DNA of 20,524 bases from Candidatus Hermodarchaeota archaeon (GTDB lineage Archaea > Asgardarchaeota > Hermodarchaeia > Hermodarchaeales > Hermodarchaeaceae), in assembly GCA_016839365.1 (NCBI GenBank), contig JAEOUH010000016.1:1-20524 (forward strand). Reading direction: 5' to 3'. Under the pieces are notes generated by a model, which ran no database searches, was not told where the DNA came from, and saw only the letters and a program-made list of their open reading frames with translations. Numbering within the stretch: position 1 is the first letter of the stretch; the number at the start of each line of letters is the position of its first letter. The position numbers were made by a program, and so were the translations under genes. Of this stretch, positions 16,653 to 20,524 are shown piece by piece.

Positions 16653-17327
16653 TTACGCTGGCGGGCTTTGGGTTGGTGGTGGTAATTTTGTCCTCTCAGA
16701 TTTGATGTTCAGACCAGCCCAAAGGATGATCAGGCCTAGTATTTCGATAACTTCTGAAACCCAGACTAATGTGATAGGGAGAAATACCTTGAGAATTTGT
16801 CCAAGAATCGTCACCGTTCCACCGATGCTGATTATCAATCCATGAACCTCGGTTAGCCTTCTCATCATCCATGCAGCGAAGAATGAGACTGTAAACCCAA
16901 CGTACACTACTAACATAAAGGGAATAAGCAGTAGCCGTAGGAGCAGTTCTGTAGGGGTCAAGGCAACTATAAGGAGCACTAAGATTATGTAAATGATCGG
17001 AATCATATCTCTGAGTCGTCGACGCTCACTCACCCAAATGAGTAAGGTTGGATATAAGAAGAAAGCTAAACTCATCGCCGTAAAAGCAGCTCGGATTTTG
17101 TATGTAAACAAGTCAAAGGGGGGAAGGAGACCTGAATGAATTAGCACATCGACGGATTCTGCTCCTGCCAGGATGAAAAACCCTATTGCGAAAAGAAAAG
17201 GGATATCCGTATAGAAACGGCGTTCAGCACGAAACCATCGAAAGAGGAGAAGAAATCCCAACGCGAAGAGAATGATAACTTTCGCGAGTTCTAATAGCCA
17301 TAATGGATCCGGAGAGGGAAATTGCAT
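16653..17327 (-). CDS. Hypothetical integral membrane protein, about 7 TM helices
   Basis: Seven hydrophobic stretches with short loops and a Pro-rich C-tail. ATG 17327 follows a GGTGA SD, and the track's GTG 17339 lies inside that SD. Confidence 0.8.
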   Translation of the reverse strand: MQFPSPDPLWLLELAKVIILFALGFLLLFRWFRAERRFYTDIPFLFAIGFFILAGAESVDVLIHSGLLPPFDLFTYKIRAAFTAMSLAFFLYPTLLIWVSERRRLRDMIPIIYIILVLLIVALTPTELLLRLLLIPFMLVVYVGFTVSFFAAWMMRRLTEVHGLIISIGGTVTILGQILKVFLPITLVWVSEVIEILGLIILWAGLNIKSERTKLPPPTQSPPA

Positions 17328-17716
17328 GAGAGAATTCACCAGAGAGGTTGTGTGGCATCAGTAATTCGTTTTAGCTTTTAAGCATTTAAACTCCCATTAT
17401 TCCTAGCTAGCCTTCGAATTCTGTCTTAATTTCTGGGCGTGATGGAGTAGACAGGTGTTTATCAGGCATTATCGGGTCAGGCTTGTTTGATGGTTTTTTC
17501 GTCTCTTGATCCTCGTGATAAAAGGACAACGACTTTGCCGGGAAATCGGCGCCCAGTCCGCCCTTGTCATTGAATGCGACGGATGGCACTGGGAACGCTA
17601 TCATAGAATACCACAAGATTACACTCTAACACGTCCAGCCCCTCTTCTCCAACGTTGGTGGCGATCAATACCAGATTTGGTTTCTTTATATACCGTATGC
17701 CATGGTCGGATTGGGG

Positions 17717-18667
17717 CTAGCTCTCTTCCCGCTGGAAGATTTCTGCCTTTTCCAACAACTCGAAAACAAAGGCGTTAGTTTCTGATTGGTCTCGTAAATA
17801 GGATTTGTGCAGACCAGTGAAATGGTGGCGAATGTTATCGAATTGGGAAACAAATGTCGGATTAGGGGAAAGGTTACCCACTAAAAGATCGAGTTCGGTT
17901 AACCGATTCCGAGCATGATTAGTGAGGTTCTGAAGACCAGTAAAGGTGAGATAGTCTGTCTGACCCAAGGTGAGAATTGCTCGAGAGGCATCCATGAGGA
18001 GAAAGGAAAGCGACCAGCGGGCCTCGATGGCTTCCGGATAGGCTGGAAGTGGCAACTCGTAGAGTAGGCTAGTATGCTGATAGGCAACTCCAGTCGTGAA
18101 TCCACGTTCGATTAGCAGTTGGTCTCCCAAATACGCGCGAAGACGGAAAATGGTTTCCAGGACCAAGGAGAAGATTGTCGACTCATTATCTTCGGGTTCA
18201 TTTGGGATATGCGGGTTCAATACCATTATGGGGTCTAACCTGATGGGCTGGCACTCCAGATACTGGGGGAGGAGCATCTCGGGGGTGGTCACAGGCATGT
18301 AATAGGGAAATTCGTCTTGAGCATGGGCATAGAATTGGGCAAAACCCAGTGGCAAGAGATAGTCAGAGTCGTGTCGGCTGGGTGGTTGCAATGGATCAGC
18401 CACTAACACGCAGGTGTCGCGGTTCGACCACAGTGGCATCCAAGCCATGTGGGGCCAAAGAGGGTCTTCTTCATCATCGAAGGTCATTGAGACAACACGT
18501 AGCCGCATATCTGTGCAAAATGCATCTTGGATATGCTCAATTGCGGAGCGATATTGTAAAGTTACTTCCCTGTAACCAGTGGTCATGAGCATTTGGTCAA
18601 GGGCCTCATCTCGAAGGCCATAACCTTCGCTGAGCCCTTCAAGTGGTAAGAGGATGCTTGGTTCCAT
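17717..18667 (-). CDS. Hypothetical soluble protein (316 aa)
   Basis: Long ORF with an upstream TATA-like TTTAAAAA on the minus strand near 18695-18703. No family confidently recognised. Confidence 0.8.
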   Translation of the reverse strand: MEPSILLPLEGLSEGYGLRDEALDQMLMTTGYREVTLQYRSAIEHIQDAFCTDMRLRVVSMTFDDEEDPLWPHMAWMPLWSNRDTCVLVADPLQPPSRHDSDYLLPLGFAQFYAHAQDEFPYYMPVTTPEMLLPQYLECQPIRLDPIMVLNPHIPNEPEDNESTIFSLVLETIFRLRAYLGDQLLIERGFTTGVAYQHTSLLYELPLPAYPEAIEARWSLSFLLMDASRAILTLGQTDYLTFTGLQNLTNHARNRLTELDLLVGNLSPNPTFVSQFDNIRHHFTGLHKSYLRDQSETNAFVFELLEKAEIFQREES

Positions 18668-18750
18668 GGTAATCAGAAGCAGGCGGAATTTGGTTTTTTT
18701 AAAAGCCTTGCGGACACTGGTGAATAACTAATTCAGGGGCTGAAAACGGG

Positions 18751-20034
18751 CTACAGCCATTCCTTCAGGATAATAGCAGTTTCCATGTCGATGACGCCGT
18801 TGATTTCTTCGATTTCATGAAGGGTCTTTACACGGGTGCTGGTGAGGGTTCGAATCTCAATGCGAATAAGATAGTCCCAGCGACCGGACACCGCAGAGAC
18901 ACAACGTACACCATGGATTCGGCGTAATTGGGCCATGATGTCTCCAGTTCCAGGTCGTATCTTCACGAACACGAATCCACGAAATGTGGCAGTTGATAAG
19001 GCGACAATGCCGGCGATGACAAAGATGGTTCCGGTGAGTTTCAGCATCCAAGACAAGAAATCAGTGGCCGGAGGATTAAACACACCAGGGAAGAGAAAAG
19101 CCCCCATCATCGTCAGTGGAATCCCAATAACTATCGAGATAGAGCCAACACTTTGGACCACCGACATTTTACCTCGACCAAGTGCCTGAAGGTATGCAAC
19201 CAATGAAAAGAAGGTTAGCATAACCGGAAATAACAACCAGCCCCAAACCAAGGGGAATTGAATGACAAGGAAGCCAATTACCTCTGGAGTGATGAATGGA
19301 ATCATGAATAACGTCATGGTAAGATTAAGGAAGAGCAGCATCCACAACCGTAGGTTTAACGAGTCTGTCGTCGTTTTAGGCCGTATCTCCGTTCGTTTTG
19401 TTCGGCTTTGAAAGAAGACACTAATTGCTACACCTCCAGCCCAGATGGTGATGACAAACAATAAGAGTGTGGGATCGAAGAACCCTACCGGTGTGATGCC
19501 CACCAGGAGAACCCCAAAGGTTATGGCAAGGATGGAAAGGGCTTCGATTGAACTTGGCCAATCACGAATTAAGATTAGGTCGCCAATCATCAGAAAAATT
19601 AGGGAGAACCGTGAGAAGGGGATAACTGCGGAGATGTCACTGCTATGACCTGCTACATAGTAGTAGGCGAAAGTAGAAATTCCAGCAAATACTCCTGCGA
19701 GGATGAGATCAAAGAATATTTTTCGAGAAGGTAACGTGATATGGAAAAAGGAGCTGTCGACCTTTGTTCCAAGGCTTTGACGACGAGTTCGATTGGTGGG
19801 AATGCTTAGAACGAAGAGTAAAATAACAGTGAATAGGAGTGCGAACCATTGCTCCGCCAGAGCGAAGGCTACCGATGAGAAGATATTAGTGAGAAAGGGA
19901 TGAAAGAACACTCGGTAAATGAAGACATCGGAGAATACAGAGAAAGCGAACAAGACTCCCGAAATTAGAGCCAGGAAATAGAAGACGGTCTTACTTCGTT
20001 GGGAGCCAACTCGTCGCTCCATAGCCGCCCGCAC
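18751..20034 (-). CDS. EamA/DMT-superfamily transporter fused to a C-terminal Lrp/AsnC ligand-binding (RAM) domain
   Basis: About 10 TM segments in two repeats with DMT-like motifs (YYYV...DISAVIP..R...LIRD.P; YLQALGRGKMSVV). The last ~75 aa, GFVFVKI...GV..VSAVSGRWDYLIRIE...I.GV...ETAIIL, form a RAM fold. SD AGGAGTGG lies upstream of GTG 20034. Confidence 0.85.
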   Translation of the reverse strand: MRAAMERRVGSQRSKTVFYFLALISGVLFAFSVFSDVFIYRVFFHPFLTNIFSSVAFALAEQWFALLFTVILLFVLSIPTNRTRRQSLGTKVDSSFFHITLPSRKIFFDLILAGVFAGISTFAYYYVAGHSSDISAVIPFSRFSLIFLMIGDLILIRDWPSSIEALSILAITFGVLLVGITPVGFFDPTLLLFVITIWAGGVAISVFFQSRTKRTEIRPKTTTDSLNLRLWMLLFLNLTMTLFMIPFITPEVIGFLVIQFPLVWGWLLFPVMLTFFSLVAYLQALGRGKMSVVQSVGSISIVIGIPLTMMGAFLFPGVFNPPATDFLSWMLKLTGTIFVIAGIVALSTATFRGFVFVKIRPGTGDIMAQLRRIHGVRCVSAVSGRWDYLIRIEIRTLTSTRVKTLHEIEEINGVIDMETAIILKEWL

Positions 20035-20063
20035 TATTACCCACTCCTTTCTTCCCTAGCATC

Positions 20064-20303
20064 TTAGAATTCTTTTTCGACGATGGACGTTGTAATATTT
20101 TCTAAACCCTGGATTTTTCCGATTTGATTCACAGTGAGTTCATAAAGGGCCTCCAGGTTTGGTAGATCGAAGCGAGCGATGATATCGTAATCACCTGTGG
20201 TAACAGCAATACTGGTAGCCGTCTCAAGCTCGCGTAGGGCTTTAACCACTTTATCGATATGTCCCATGAACACCTTACACATGACAAATGCGGAAACTGT
20301 CAT
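20064..20303 (-). CDS. Stand-alone Lrp/AsnC ligand-binding (RAM) domain protein, no HTH
   Basis: 79 aa: AFVMCKV...VVKALRE...TTGDYDIIARF...IGKIQG...TTSIV. SD GGTGA lies upstream. Confidence 0.92.
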   Translation of the reverse strand: MTVSAFVMCKVFMGHIDKVVKALRELETATSIAVTTGDYDIIARFDLPNLEALYELTVNQIGKIQGLENITTSIVEKEF

Positions 20304-20426
20304 CTATTTCACCATCAGTTTTTCTTGTTACTGCCTTCACCTATCTTGCTGTGATTAAAGCCTTTCTTCTTCATTGCTCACCGCAAGCTACTAAAAACCC
20401 CAATATCCGCGTGAATCAGAACCACG

Positions 20427-20524
20427 ATGACGATTCAAATCGCCGAGTTATTGATTGATCGTAGCTTTACATTAGAATTACTCGAACGGACCTTTGTACA
20501 AGGTTGCCCAAGATTGGCTTCCTC
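20427..20524 (+). CDS. Possible 5' end of a divergent gene (truncated by window edge)
   Basis: ATG 20427 is open to the end of the window (MTIQIAELLIDRSFTLELLERTFVQGCPRLAS...), with GTGA upstream. It is too short to identify. Confidence 0.4.
   Translation, partial: MTIQIAELLIDRSFTLELLERTFVQGCPRLAS

Noticed and set aside
17536-17600. Cobalamin-riboswitch-like words (GGGAA.TCGG...TCCG; GCACTGGGAA)
   Set aside because: The spacing is too compressed, the CCCC..ACTGT and B12-box elements are missing, and no co-oriented gene lies downstream.
17455-17778. Selenocysteine read-through at TGA 17488
   Set aside because: There is no redox-motif context, no recognisable selenoprotein family and no SECIS that I can support.
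1-20524. CRISPR array, tRNA/rRNA, transposase or integrase
   Set aside because: I saw no regularly spaced repeats, no cloverleaf or T-loop consensus and no mobile-element motifs.

Overview
Gene-dense, archaeal-type chromosomal segment with no tRNA, rRNA, CRISPR or mobile element that I can support. The archaeal call rests on TATA-box promoters, GGTGA/GGAG ribosome-binding sites, and AfpA, Isf, RimK/MptN and stand-alone Lrp/AsnC domains. An Asgard-like lineage is my inference from gene content and style and is not proven. The left half looks like a lipid/glycolipid-handling neighbourhood: acyl-CoA ligase, DinB protein, fungal-EGCrP-like GH5 hydrolase, a small Cys/His protein missed by the ORF track, a KAS-III-like enzyme with a Cys-His-His triad, two divergent MFS transporters and an ABC exporter. 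The middle holds Isf and AfpA flavoproteins, a Nudix hydrolase, an active-site-divergent inositol-1-phosphate synthase homologue and a RimK-family ligase. The right half holds a GH3 acyl-amido-synthetase-like gene preceded by a coupled 55-aa uORF in a foldable leader, a 7-TM protein and a hypothetical protein. It ends with the most striking module: a stand-alone Lrp/AsnC ligand-binding (RAM) domain directly upstream of an EamA/DMT transporter that carries its own C-terminal RAM domain. All family assignments come from motif recognition by eye, not from database searches.
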